NCBI GenBank assembly: GCA_036339735.1
Contig: JAYZAL010000100.1
Span: 1 to 64,000 of the forward strand
DNA: 64,000 nucleotides
Origin: Candidatus Poribacteria bacterium
GTDB taxonomy: Bacteria; Poribacteria; WGA-4E; UBA9662
Direction of reading: 5' to 3'
Shown: positions 33,601 through 40,366 of the stretch, one piece after another
How the letters are laid out: each line of letters opens with the position of its first letter
Position numbering within the stretch: the stretch's first letter is position 1
Made by a program: the position numbers and the translations under genes
The notes under the pieces: generated by a model
What the model was told of the DNA's origin: nothing
Seen by the model: only the letters and a program-made list of their open reading frames with translations
Database searches by the model: none

Positions 33601-34906
33601 AAAAAGCCCAACGACCAAGGATGGCTTGTCCGTCTTCGCCGTTTCGGGACTGAGTGCGGGCCAGCACAAAGTTGAGCTCATCGCTACCAGTACAGGAGGA
33701 ACCTCAGTTTTAGAGTGGACGTTTGAGATTGACAATACACCGCCTACTATTTCCAGTGTTGCGCCGCAAGGTGTAGTGAGAAGTGATACTGTTAACGTTA
33801 GTGCTGTTGTAGGTGAAGATTTATCAAAAGTAACGGATGTTACTGTAGCAGTTGATGGAAAATCAACCAAGGCAACGCTTAAAGATGGCTCTATTCAATT
33901 GACTCAATCAGGTCTAGACAGTGGTAGTCATACGGTAACTGTTACAGCTCAAAGTGTTGGTGGTAAAACTGCTCATACTTGGACATTTACTGTTGAGCAG
34001 GATGACACCCCTCCACAGATCACCGTAACAGATCCAAAAGGAACTATTCGTGTCGAAAAACCGATTATATCGGTCTCGGCTGTTGATGACCTATCAGGTA
34101 TTGATTCAATAAAAATTAGCTTGAAGAATAGCAGTGGTAAAAGCGTTTCTGGTAAATCAACTGGGAATGGAAGTTCCATTACCTTTAAGCCTAACAGTGG
34201 ATTGAGTGCCGGGACATATACTGCGAGTGCTGAAGTGTCTGATAAGAGTGGGAATAGCACTCAAGCACAGTGGACATTTACAGTTGAGTTTGATACAGTT
34301 CCACCGGTTATCGATATTGTCTCACCAACAGGTGAATTGCCAGTTCGAGAAACGCGTCGCCCCGTTATTTCGGCTAAGTATCATGATGCTATCTCTGGTA
34401 TAGATGCTAAATCCGTCAAAATATCTCTGGATGGGGCACTAGTAATTCCACAAAAAACTACGAGCGACCAAGTTATCTACACACCGCAAGAGGACCTCAG
34501 TTTTGGTCGACATTCGGTCAAAGTAGAAGTCTCGGATGTTGCTGTACCAACACCGAATAAAGCTACGATTGAATGGACTTTTATTGTTGAAAGTCCTGAT
34601 AACGCGGCGACGGTTGTACTTAACGCTTTGAATTATCCAAACCCATTTAAAAATGATACGACTATTGCTTTCAGTGCTTCCAGGCAAGCTAAAGTAACGA
34701 TCGAAATCTTCGATGCTTCGATGCGGTTGGTTAGAGTTTTGGAAACTGCTAAAGTCGTTGAGACTGGTGAGCATTACAAAAAGTCATGGGATGGTAAGAC
34801 TGAGGATGGTGAATCGCTTGCTCGTGGAGTTTATTTCTGCCAGATTACGATACTGAGTGAGCTTAAACCAGAGTATCGTCTTTTGAAATTAGCACTTACT
34901 CGATAA
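24656..34906 (+). CDS. Giant secreted Ig-like repeat protein (about 3416 aa) with a C-terminal T9SS-like sorting domain
   Basis: GGGAGG RBS before ATG 24656, signal peptide MRKQKWFCFLFIITLISALLPQVLQA-QE (ORF track start 24584). Carboxypeptidase-regulatory-like and invasin/Big-like repeats, D-x-T-x-P Ig repeats, C-terminus NALNYPNPF...WDGKTEDGESLARGVYFCQI. Confidence 0.9.
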   Translation: MRKQKWFCFLFIITLISALLPQVLQAQETDSFTLNGTVQNVDGTVAGAGYSVVTENQRVKSGWLTEPKADTRADGTFTVSFLDIFGPNRTKVGDQLVITITEVASGKIKGKKTYTVTASDVENFETSVVVMLSGITTAFSPAEVLADGQATSSITVTIQDEGELVIDDTVSLSVAEGQIGDVANNGDGTYSAVYTAPFIAVDGTKPVSVSIKSTKLDQEVSETLILKEVPTVVTLIPNSTSFTASEGLTLPVKVTVVRGQPLSGETVTIESSRNDNGNDIGQLTGSIVETDVAGEYKGTFTLPQSVGKISLVAKAAGASSEAVELTINAGPAAKIDLSISPDTISSQGTGQITAVVTDAVGNGVGGLNLSVAGDGGGQFSDATETAIFGTYNLNYTAAVIESEGIETATVTVADSDVSGQLKINLTPIPPKQVSMVVVSGTTYKKGGTSPIGGLSINVKIGDKELSTTSEPNGTYSVTDFNPVGIVAQTGDLVSVSVVDEVGQVRGQIAAFVLEEKYLDASEVTATITGQDVTTDIGARSNVLALAGTVFLEDGLTAVGDGLTVSINNSVRGKSEAGKTDENGAYSITLLDPLAAVVETDDVLSITITNLDGQTFETTQTLATVDVEAGKVDPLNVTTDLLAVESRIFVIDGTVFLEDGATPARSGLQILVNINDQQQKTATETGAGYQVTFVDVLGQGILAKTGDEVKVEVTAVDLAEAKVVGVQTSNLKTAEIKAKRATIDVTTDLKAATKVLAITGMVTLENGQVAAPSGIKVSIENTGIAQSTNVDSDASGGYSTTFFDPLKIVAESGDILNITATDAMEETFQLAHTLTTAEVNSGQATVDLSTDLPARTSSLVVSGQVYLVGGEVKAQSGLSVSISVDDTTGTATTDSTGSYSVSLGDGTVSIAKTKSKVTVTINDGSEDRGSESERLTIEQVVAGQLSIDVATNLKQTTNVLAVSGSVILEDGVTLAGAGLEVSVKNTSTGISTKVMTESGGGFAATFFDPLSVVAETDNQIEVSVVDVDQSTYTQPHVITSKEALDGQVSIELKTPFPGRNTTSLISGTVYREGGEILAPSGLIVVASIGEVTADAITTNNGTYSLSLEASLQTGSQISFVVSDESGQRGNQELSLSTVQVVGGTAQSDIETNIGATTELLTITGQITAEDGSAVGSDVTVSATLRETTQTVSTESDGTYSIAFVNLVGIVAENGDMIRLVLSQASTGESADIGIRLSTKQVVDKLAVANVQFSGFNLSGTIVEADGKLLQTDSAVVINVLNTASGQAVQANSQGGGYTAQFTTAETKLFTVGDTFEVNVTSVADSAIILGATSYVLGGVDLENKAGDTGQISVNRTTSYNIQGTVLDRNGDPASGAIVTATSPLAQVSASTNQNGRYAIKFLDFVTNPAIGDRIVLVTQVEGELARQTVVTAFETPTRVVTVDSIPMRLGGLSINSGQYRDFIDRLVAKAIEKTSVGKLLGDGLMPLVRNDPDLRKQMSGLLNSLLPGGLLPEQVLLNPDLPLVFADPENKDLENFGNGIVPSPLSGLIDGLGKPNMGLAPYVTSDKLDLYLSIPSSEVAKVEFELNGPQSGKAEAEKVTAGENFSHTFQFEEELAAAFLPAYPAEIGGQLFSSVTLRYASKDLPEPKLDEGPKTLEEQVQEKVDQVLSNVTNISDSATDVLGDLAEVELPADLQEQLGDISKQLDSLTSAASGGDVQDLLEDPKQIEAVKENVQDFLTEVTSAPSVPDDLKTQVTDLDKSLESLDDVSNLASLAGGMDLSALFGARSLNRLVGPVAYNRFVAPPTSADYSGSAAMQPRQIGDQFIWETAINIEPAKIYYYYFEVEFVNPISVQFSGSSVNTISQWVMPDLRNMQLDDRGLVDQLLTPEVQDTMGPILDPLVSGIMGGGGASLEIAPADQDKLIAILTQNATAVYEDILTTLSPKLVSMFATPKVAGDETLWVAKFDFDANADGDYQLGAAAYDSVGNTVDQLTPKSFVLDRTAPASTLEPAVVENVGHYIANDGTHVVSAIKPGSMGVLNLHARPTNSQADLTGYLYYMKKDDNEPTSTWFTLPVPEVEGRVGASQLIAGALPGLGLESMLGALDTVPASVNAPHLMDMAVSSVEPGNYLVRAIGVDSILNFGANAVPTKIQVVAPKTDVAEIFELMIGGREGQDTIFEDTLDLDLKLKVISKTSHPLSSIIVNLDGNEVASVDSDALLTAEQDSLIDVSYTIDDYSDLLAAKDMVSLTVTTTNALGLSDIQTVELKLSEGLYPSLPEVLAIKVSSDETSIDSGAAKGVVSVETATSARTVPDISSVKIEIRRTDETEWTTLDEINEPVREGTQNKWNISLDTLTLDDTITGDSPAARDVSLDDNPYIVRATIIDVDGETYTSDKQATLSVDNVDDIGPVSTAKILSLSDAYGNLDVIDGTYVAGGLLAEGVESPIASVTASVTADPATFDSVGLFINGDLVVPLIADDNGVYSTSLDLQLIENGSQTVSVLAVDEAGNSELATDLSSVVVRVENFTPPFASGGQPPVEILSIDQLSAADVVAEFPKGYPVTTSFGFTLALDGVSADEIDVLIDGKSARELGLLIIDVVQANRSADHETDRTFAVSLDTSNFPEGSFEELEGVISKKNGQISFSLPPINVDRTAPVVTLLSPLAGHEVSPLPTIYAAYDDGTIGTGVNIAEIELIHLLIEESSIELDKDLVRASETRVVMTQETPLDGGAYQATVYATDKAGNVGKSTVEFVVEGSKQPDTTPPILAQTSPQGVVTSSDVTISVLASDEQSGIAGVNLTLDGEELGEGASRSISDLEDGTHQVVALVTNGDGLETSYEWTFSVQAQDTTAPVITAVSPQGIVKSSDVNLTVLAIDDQSGIKEVLLSVDDGKASKGSTLELKGLTPGIHQAKAEVTNGVGLSQVYTWTFSVDIDTSAPIISNPQPSPQSIVGDAGGQEVIISANITDEQSEISKITLRLDGSAKSPTTKDGLSVFAVSGLSAGQHKVELIATSTGGTSVLEWTFEIDNTPPTISSVAPQGVVRSDTVNVSAVVGEDLSKVTDVTVAVDGKSTKATLKDGSIQLTQSGLDSGSHTVTVTAQSVGGKTAHTWTFTVEQDDTPPQITVTDPKGTIRVEKPIISVSAVDDLSGIDSIKISLKNSSGKSVSGKSTGNGSSITFKPNSGLSAGTYTASAEVSDKSGNSTQAQWTFTVEFDTVPPVIDIVSPTGELPVRETRRPVISAKYHDAISGIDAKSVKISLDGALVIPQKTTSDQVIYTPQEDLSFGRHSVKVEVSDVAVPTPNKATIEWTFIVESPDNAATVVLNALNYPNPFKNDTTIAFSASRQAKVTIEIFDASMRLVRVLETAKVVETGEHYKKSWDGKTEDGESLARGVYFCQITILSELKPEYRLLKLALTR

Positions 34907-34920
34907 AAAATTAGGTACAT

Positions 34921-34952
34921 GCTAAAAGGGGACGAATTCGTTCCCTTTTAGC
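34921..34952 (+). other. Intergenic stem-loop without a U-tract, between the giant gene and the PorV-like gene
   Basis: GCTAAAAGGGGACGAATTCGTTCCCTTTTAGC is self-complementary with one G-U pair; AGGAGA RBS follows within about 6 nt. Confidence 0.7.
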
Positions 34953-34972
34953 TGTATAGGAGAATCAATCAG

Positions 34973-35890
34973 ATGTTCCACAAAAAAAATCAACAGACAG
35001 TGGTTTGGCTTTTTCTTTTAGTTACGTCTGTGTGCATAGCTGTAGCAGATGTAGATTCCACTCCATACCTCCGATTGGGCACGGGTGCTCGTTCTGTAGG
35101 AATGGCTGGGGCTTTTACCGCCATCGCTGATGGGGCGAGTGCAACAGTTTTAAATCCGGCAGGTTTAACTGGTGTCAGGGATCTTACATTTACCTTAGCA
35201 ACACAGCAACTATCTTTTGATCGCACCCATAGTTTCATTGGGGTTGCCAAAAATATCAATTCCCAGAGTACGGTTGGCTTTTCGCTGACTAGTTTTGGTG
35301 TCGATGGGATTCCACAGATCTCTAGCACTGGAGAAGATTTGGGCAACTCTTTTTCGTACGGTTCGGGAGCGTACACCTTGTCCTATGGTCATGCTCTTGA
35401 GCAGGTTAGTTTAGGTGCCTCTGCTAGAATCGTTTCGGACAAGTTTGGTCTGGATAGTGATAGCCGTAGCACCGGTTTGGGTGGTCTTGATTTAGGTTTA
35501 GTTGGCAAACTATATTCTAATACATTTTCGTATGGTTTGGCTTTTAGAAACTTAGGTGGTGCAACCACACCATCCTTGGACTTGGGGGCAGCCTTCCGAT
35601 ATGGTGGTAAGAATGCTGTTACGATTGCATTAGACCTGAGTAACGAATTTTCCGCGCTAGAAGAACAAGCAACAGCTGTTAAGATTGGGGTTGAGTATGT
35701 TCTAGCTAATATGTTTGCTGTTCGTGCTGGCTCTCAAAGAACCTCAGATCGAACTAGCTTGTATGGTGGATTTGGAGTTAGCGTTTCTGACTTTGGGATT
35801 AATTATGCCATTAAGTTAGTTGACAACACTGACTATGATGTTGTCGGAGATAAAAATACGCACTATATCTCTTTATCTTACGGTAATTAA
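34973..35890 (+). CDS. PorV/PorQ-family outer-membrane beta-barrel
   Basis: Signal peptide, then YLRLGTGARSVGMAGAFTAIADGASATVLNPAGL (PorV/FadL-like N-terminus), amphipathic beta-strands, C-terminal HYISLSYG. Confidence 0.8.
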   Translation: MFHKKNQQTVVWLFLLVTSVCIAVADVDSTPYLRLGTGARSVGMAGAFTAIADGASATVLNPAGLTGVRDLTFTLATQQLSFDRTHSFIGVAKNINSQSTVGFSLTSFGVDGIPQISSTGEDLGNSFSYGSGAYTLSYGHALEQVSLGASARIVSDKFGLDSDSRSTGLGGLDLGLVGKLYSNTFSYGLAFRNLGGATTPSLDLGAAFRYGGKNAVTIALDLSNEFSALEEQATAVKIGVEYVLANMFAVRAGSQRTSDRTSLYGGFGVSVSDFGINYAIKLVDNTDYDVVGDKNTHYISLSYGN

Positions 35891-35921
35891 GTTACGGATC
35901 GGCATCTAAGGAGTAAGCCCA

Positions 35922-36959
35922 ATGAAAATTCAAATTAACTTCGCCATTATTCTTTCCTTATTATTCGTTTATGGCCCGGTCTCAATAGCAAATTCGGCTA
36001 CTATCACACCTAAATCTCTTAATGGTAACACGCTTCTTATTACAATTGAAGAAGGAGATACTTTATGGGAGTTAGCCAATAAGTATTTGGAAGATCCTGG
36101 TTTATGGAGGGAATTTAAAAAATACAATAGCTTTACCGACCCAAACCTGATTTTCCCGGGTGAGAAGCTACGTGTACCTAAGAGCTTTGCAATGCCAGCT
36201 CAATCTGTGATTACTGCTGTTCAAGAAAAGAAACTACTTGCCGAAGAAGAAATAAAAGCAATTAAGCTTCAATTGAATCAGGCAGTGAGCGAGAGAGCAG
36301 ACAATCAAAAACGAATTGATAATTTAAAAACTGATGTGGCTAGCCTGCAAAATGGAAGCAATGAACTTCGACAAGAATTGGATCAGCTACGGCGGTCATT
36401 AGAAGATGTTAATGACTCAAGTGAACAGCGTTTAAGTGGGTTTGGTGAAAGATTGAAGCGAATGTACAAAGGTACAGAGAAAGAATCTGAACAGCTTGAA
36501 TCCACAATTGCTTGGATAAAAGACGAATTAGGTCAAACCGAAAAGGTTGTTAATGACACAGTTGATAAAGTCTTCTCGCCAGATAATGATGACTCCGTGA
36601 TAGGATTAATCGAATCTGTAAAAGAACAGATTGCTGATTTGGATAAAAAAATCCAAGTGGTCGAGGAACAGAATGCTGAGCTAGTTCTTTCAGATACTAA
36701 TGAGACTCAAACAACCCAGAAACTGATTAGTGAGAGAGAAGAAGGATCAATCTCTGATGAGGAGTTTTTAGTCAGTCTTTCTGAAAACGGTTTAGACTCT
36801 GATGAGAAGTTAGAAGAGCTTCATCAGCAAGGTGTTATTTCCACAGAAGAAATGACAGCTAAGAAATCCGAAGTTAAGAAGAAAAGAACTACTATCCTGA
36901 TTACTGCGGTTGCTGGTGGAATAGCTTGGCTGGCCGTTAGTGCATTAGGTGGTAATTAG
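35922..36959 (+). CDS. LysM-domain coiled-coil protein with a C-terminal hydrophobic anchor
   Basis: Signal peptide; LysM TIEEGDTLWELANKYL...DPNLIFPGEKLRVP; long heptad-rich region; C-terminal TTILITAVAGGIAWLAVSALGG. Confidence 0.85.
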   Translation: MKIQINFAIILSLLFVYGPVSIANSATITPKSLNGNTLLITIEEGDTLWELANKYLEDPGLWREFKKYNSFTDPNLIFPGEKLRVPKSFAMPAQSVITAVQEKKLLAEEEIKAIKLQLNQAVSERADNQKRIDNLKTDVASLQNGSNELRQELDQLRRSLEDVNDSSEQRLSGFGERLKRMYKGTEKESEQLESTIAWIKDELGQTEKVVNDTVDKVFSPDNDDSVIGLIESVKEQIADLDKKIQVVEEQNAELVLSDTNETQTTQKLISEREEGSISDEEFLVSLSENGLDSDEKLEELHQQGVISTEEMTAKKSEVKKKRTTILITAVAGGIAWLAVSALGGN

Positions 36960-36976
36960 CTTCATTTTCAGCTTTT

Positions 36977-37018
36977 AAAACAGGATGAGGCTACATAGGG
37001 AACCTCATCCTGTTTTTT
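36977..37018 (+). terminator. Rho-independent terminator
   Basis: AAAACAGGATGAGG / CCTCATCCTGTTTT 14-bp stem, 12-nt loop, T-run. Confidence 0.85.
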
Positions 37019-37058
37019 GCTTCTATATTTTGCGTTAGAGTAACAGTCAGGCTTTCAT

Positions 37059-37601
37059 TTGAGCGGTATGCAGTTCGAAAAAATTGTAGGTGAAGACCAG
37101 CTAATTGAACTATATGGGGATCGTGTTGAATCCAGTGGTAATGATTTTGTTGGTGGATTGGCTTGGATTGGCACAGAAAGGGTGATGTGGGCCGAATGGG
37201 AATCAGATCAAATTAGCATAGGCAGCATCCGCAGGTTAGAACGGTTATTCAAGTTGGCGAGTCATTCAGGACGTCCTTTTTTTTTGACGACCGATTTGGT
37301 TCAACAACTACGTTATCAGGCAGAACAATCATCGTTATCGGTCAAGATTGCAATTCAGTCCTGGATGGAATGTGTCGTCGACTATTCTTCTGCGATAGTT
37401 GTTGTTACAAGAAATAAAAAAGAGCCACTTGCTCGGTACGCCGACATGATTGCAGACTACACAGTTTCGTCCACAGCTGAAAGTCTTGAGATTATAAAAA
37501 AGTTGGATAAGGTAACGAAGGACGTCCTAAAACGAGAACGCAAACAGCGAATTCTTGGCTTTTCCCTTAACCAGAAGAAAGACTATTCATCACAGGAATG
37601 A
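37059..37601 (+). CDS. Hypothetical protein; degenerate AccA (carboxyltransferase alpha)-like
   Basis: LIELYGDR...FVGGLAWIG..RVM and RRLERLFKLASHSGRPFF..TD resemble AccA FxELHGDR...IVGGLA and RKALRLMKLAEKFxxP; the DTPG and GEGGSGG motifs are missing. Confidence 0.55.
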   Translation: MSGMQFEKIVGEDQLIELYGDRVESSGNDFVGGLAWIGTERVMWAEWESDQISIGSIRRLERLFKLASHSGRPFFLTTDLVQQLRYQAEQSSLSVKIAIQSWMECVVDYSSAIVVVTRNKKEPLARYADMIADYTVSSTAESLEIIKKLDKVTKDVLKRERKQRILGFSLNQKKDYSSQE

Positions 37602-38175
37602 TTATTTGTAAAATGTTTGACAGAACTTCTGCCGGGCTGTCCATAGCGTTAACTTCTTCGATAAGATGCGGTGGGTAGTATTCTAAAGTCGGTCGTGTCT
37701 GCTTGCGGTAAACTTCCCACCTACGGCTAATTATATCTTCTCTCGCGTCATCTATGCGGTTTTCCTTTAAGGCACGCTGTCGCATTCTTTGAATCATTGC
37801 GTTTTCGTTCTCACACTTTAAGTGTATTATTTTTTGAACCTCAATGTATTCGTCTAGTTGCTTTGCCTGCTTAGGATTTCGTGGTATACCATCTAAGATC
37901 AAAAGATCTGAAGCCGGTTTGTACAATCCTAAAACTGTATGTGCATGGATATTCTGCTGCCAAAACTGAACCGTAATATCATTAGGTACTAATTCACCTC
38001 TAGATGAGTACTCGTAGAATATATGGCCTAATTCCGAATCAACATCTAACATACGAAACATATCACCACTTGAGAGATGGAAAAGGTTTGGTATAGAACC
38101 GAGAATATTACCCTGTGTGCCTTTTCCAACACCAGGAGCACCAAACAGAAGTACAGTCGAGTAACGATCAGCCAT
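37567..38175 (-). CDS. adk: Adenylate kinase family nucleoside monophosphate kinase (short LID)
   Basis: GAPGVGKGTQ P-loop, HLSSGDMFR, GELVP, ILDGIPRN. Confidence 0.85.
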   Translation of the reverse strand: MADRYSTVLLFGAPGVGKGTQGNILGSIPNLFHLSSGDMFRMLDVDSELGHIFYEYSSRGELVPNDITVQFWQQNIHAHTVLGLYKPASDLLILDGIPRNPKQAKQLDEYIEVQKIIHLKCENENAMIQRMRQRALKENRIDDAREDIISRRWEVYRKQTRPTLEYYPPHLIEEVNAMDSPAEVLSNILQIIIPVMNSLSSG

Positions 38176-38237
38176 TTACATACGCTCACAATTTTGTAGG
38201 CTCCAATTATACCTAAAACACCAGAACTAGACAACCA

Positions 38238-39386
38238 GTGAAAATACTAATTGCACCTGATTCATTTAAAGGTTCAGCAACTGCAGATGAAGTAGGCAAT
38301 GCTTTAGCTAGGGGGTTTCGTCGGATTTTTTCTGACGCTGATATTCGAGTATTACCTATGGCAGATGGTGGAGAAGGAACGGTTGCGGCACTGGTATCAG
38401 CAACAGGTGGTGAAATCCGGTCTTCAATAGTAAAAAATCCAATTGGTTGCGAAATTAGTGCTAATTACGGGATTTTAGGTGACCAAAAGACAGCCGTTAT
38501 TGAGATGTCAGCCGCTTCTGGTTTAACATTGATCAAACCAGAACAGCGAAACCCATTGTTAACAACAACTTATGGTACTGGTCAATTAATACTCTCTGCA
38601 CTCGACGATGGATGTCGACGATTGATAATTGGAATTGGTGGTAGTGCAACTAATGATGGTGGTGCGGGAATGGCACAAGCACTAGGAGCATTACTAAAAA
38701 AGACAGATGGAACGTCAATTTCGGCTGGAGGACAAGGACTCACTGAACTATCCGACATTGATGTTAGTAACTTAGACTGCAGGCTTGGTGAAACTGAGAT
38801 TATTGTTGCTTGCGATGTTGATAATCCGCTTACTGGTCCCAAAGGTGCAAGCTATGTATATGGTCAACAAAAAGGAGCAACATTAGAAATGATGGAGGTC
38901 TTAGATCGAAGTTTGGCTCGCTACGCCGAAATCATCGAGATCTGTTTAGGTAAAGATATTGACAATTTACCAGGTGCTGGTGCTGCTGGCGGTTTAGGAG
39001 CAGGCTTAATGGCCTTTGTTAATGCCCAGCTAGAGTCTGGAATAGACATTGTCATAAATACTGTCAAATTAGTGGAACAACTAAAAGGTATCGATTTGGT
39101 CATTACCGGTGAAGGTTATTTGGATCAACAAACAATTCATGGCAAAACTCCAGTTGGTGTAGCAAGAATTGCACAAAAACAAAACATACCAGTAATCGCT
39201 GTTGCTGGTGGTATTCAGGGTAATCCAGTCGGGCTTTATCAACAAGGCATTACTTCAATGATGGATATTACACCTGCACCGATACCTCTTTGTCAGGCCA
39301 TGAACCAAACCATTTTATTCTTAGAACAATCGAGTGAACGTATCGCTCGACTACTAAAAATCGGTGGTAGCTTATTTGCAAAATAA
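38238..39386 (+). CDS. Glycerate kinase (GlxK/GarK family)
   Basis: KILIAPDSFKGS, PMADGGEGT, GIGGSATNDGG, GAGAAGGLG, ITGEG, GKTP. Confidence 0.95.
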   Translation: MKILIAPDSFKGSATADEVGNALARGFRRIFSDADIRVLPMADGGEGTVAALVSATGGEIRSSIVKNPIGCEISANYGILGDQKTAVIEMSAASGLTLIKPEQRNPLLTTTYGTGQLILSALDDGCRRLIIGIGGSATNDGGAGMAQALGALLKKTDGTSISAGGQGLTELSDIDVSNLDCRLGETEIIVACDVDNPLTGPKGASYVYGQQKGATLEMMEVLDRSLARYAEIIEICLGKDIDNLPGAGAAGGLGAGLMAFVNAQLESGIDIVINTVKLVEQLKGIDLVITGEGYLDQQTIHGKTPVGVARIAQKQNIPVIAVAGGIQGNPVGLYQQGITSMMDITPAPIPLCQAMNQTILFLEQSSERIARLLKIGGSLFAK

Positions 39387-39406
39387 TTAATCGGATCAAA
39401 ATTATT

Positions 39407-40363
39407 ATGTTGAAAAAAAAACATCTGTATTTTCCACTCATAGCGTTCTGGCTCACTCTACTTACCACCATACCTTGTCGCGCTGCGTTTGTGGACTTTG
39501 GTAGTGGCGCTCGTCCCATAGGATTTGGCGGTGCGTTTACAGCAATAGCAAACGACGCAAACGCTCTACACTATAATTCTGCAGGTTTAGTCAAATCGAA
39601 GACTATACAGCTACATGCTACTAGAATTTCACACTTGGGAGCTTTAGTAAATTACGATTTTTTGGCTGTGATCTTACCAATCAGTCGGATTGGTACTGTT
39701 GGTATTAGTACCGATTCACTTGGAGATAATGAGGATATTTACCAAGAACGCCAGATCAGGCTTGCTTATGCCAAATCATTGGGAAAGAAAGTATCATTTG
39801 GTATAAGCCTAAAGAATTTTCGAACTAGTTACGATACTGAAATAGAATCGGTTAAAGATAATCCATATTTTTCTGTCTATCAGACTAACAGTTTTTCTGC
39901 TGACTTGGGATTTTTGGTTTTACCGATTTCAGGCTTACAAATTGGTTTGGCTGTGGATAATTTGATTCCAGCAAATGTTAGTGTAGCAACTGGTGATACA
40001 GACCGAGTGCCTGCCAATATCCGTCTTGGTGTAGCCTATGCACTTAATTCAATAGCAGCTACTATTCAGCAGGAATCCTTACAAAATATTTTTAAATCAG
40101 CTCATGGTAGTGCAGAAGTTGGGTGGCGAAATGGTGCAACAATAATAAAAAGTGGAGTTGAAATTTGGATTAATCCAACTATTGCGTTACGTGGAGGCTA
40201 TTCCTTTTATACTAGCCAAACTGGTGTATTTTCAATTGGTAATAGCTTACGCTTGCCACTTGGACCAACCCAATTACAACTTGACTATGCTTATCAACTC
40301 TTTTTAAACGACTTGGCTGACAACGGGAACTCCCAAATTTTTTCTTTAGGTATTTCCTTTTAA
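39407..40363 (+). CDS. Second PorV/PorP-like outer-membrane beta-barrel
   Basis: Signal peptide; FVDFGSGARPIGFGGAFTAIANDANALHYNSAGL; LDYAY; C-terminal QIFSLGISF beta-signal ending in Phe. Confidence 0.78.
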   Translation: MLKKKHLYFPLIAFWLTLLTTIPCRAAFVDFGSGARPIGFGGAFTAIANDANALHYNSAGLVKSKTIQLHATRISHLGALVNYDFLAVILPISRIGTVGISTDSLGDNEDIYQERQIRLAYAKSLGKKVSFGISLKNFRTSYDTEIESVKDNPYFSVYQTNSFSADLGFLVLPISGLQIGLAVDNLIPANVSVATGDTDRVPANIRLGVAYALNSIAATIQQESLQNIFKSAHGSAEVGWRNGATIIKSGVEIWINPTIALRGGYSFYTSQTGVFSIGNSLRLPLGPTQLQLDYAYQLFLNDLADNGNSQIFSLGISF

Positions 40364-40366
40364 ACC

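Noticed and set aside
12490-34774. Many 60-135 aa ORFs antisense to or overlapping the two giant genes
   Set aside because: Shadow ORFs expected from the codon bias of long G/T/A/V-rich genes; no motifs or RBS support.
24656-34906. Calling the 3416-aa protein PorU
   Set aside because: No recognisable C25 gingipain-like catalytic region; only position and CTD style are similar.
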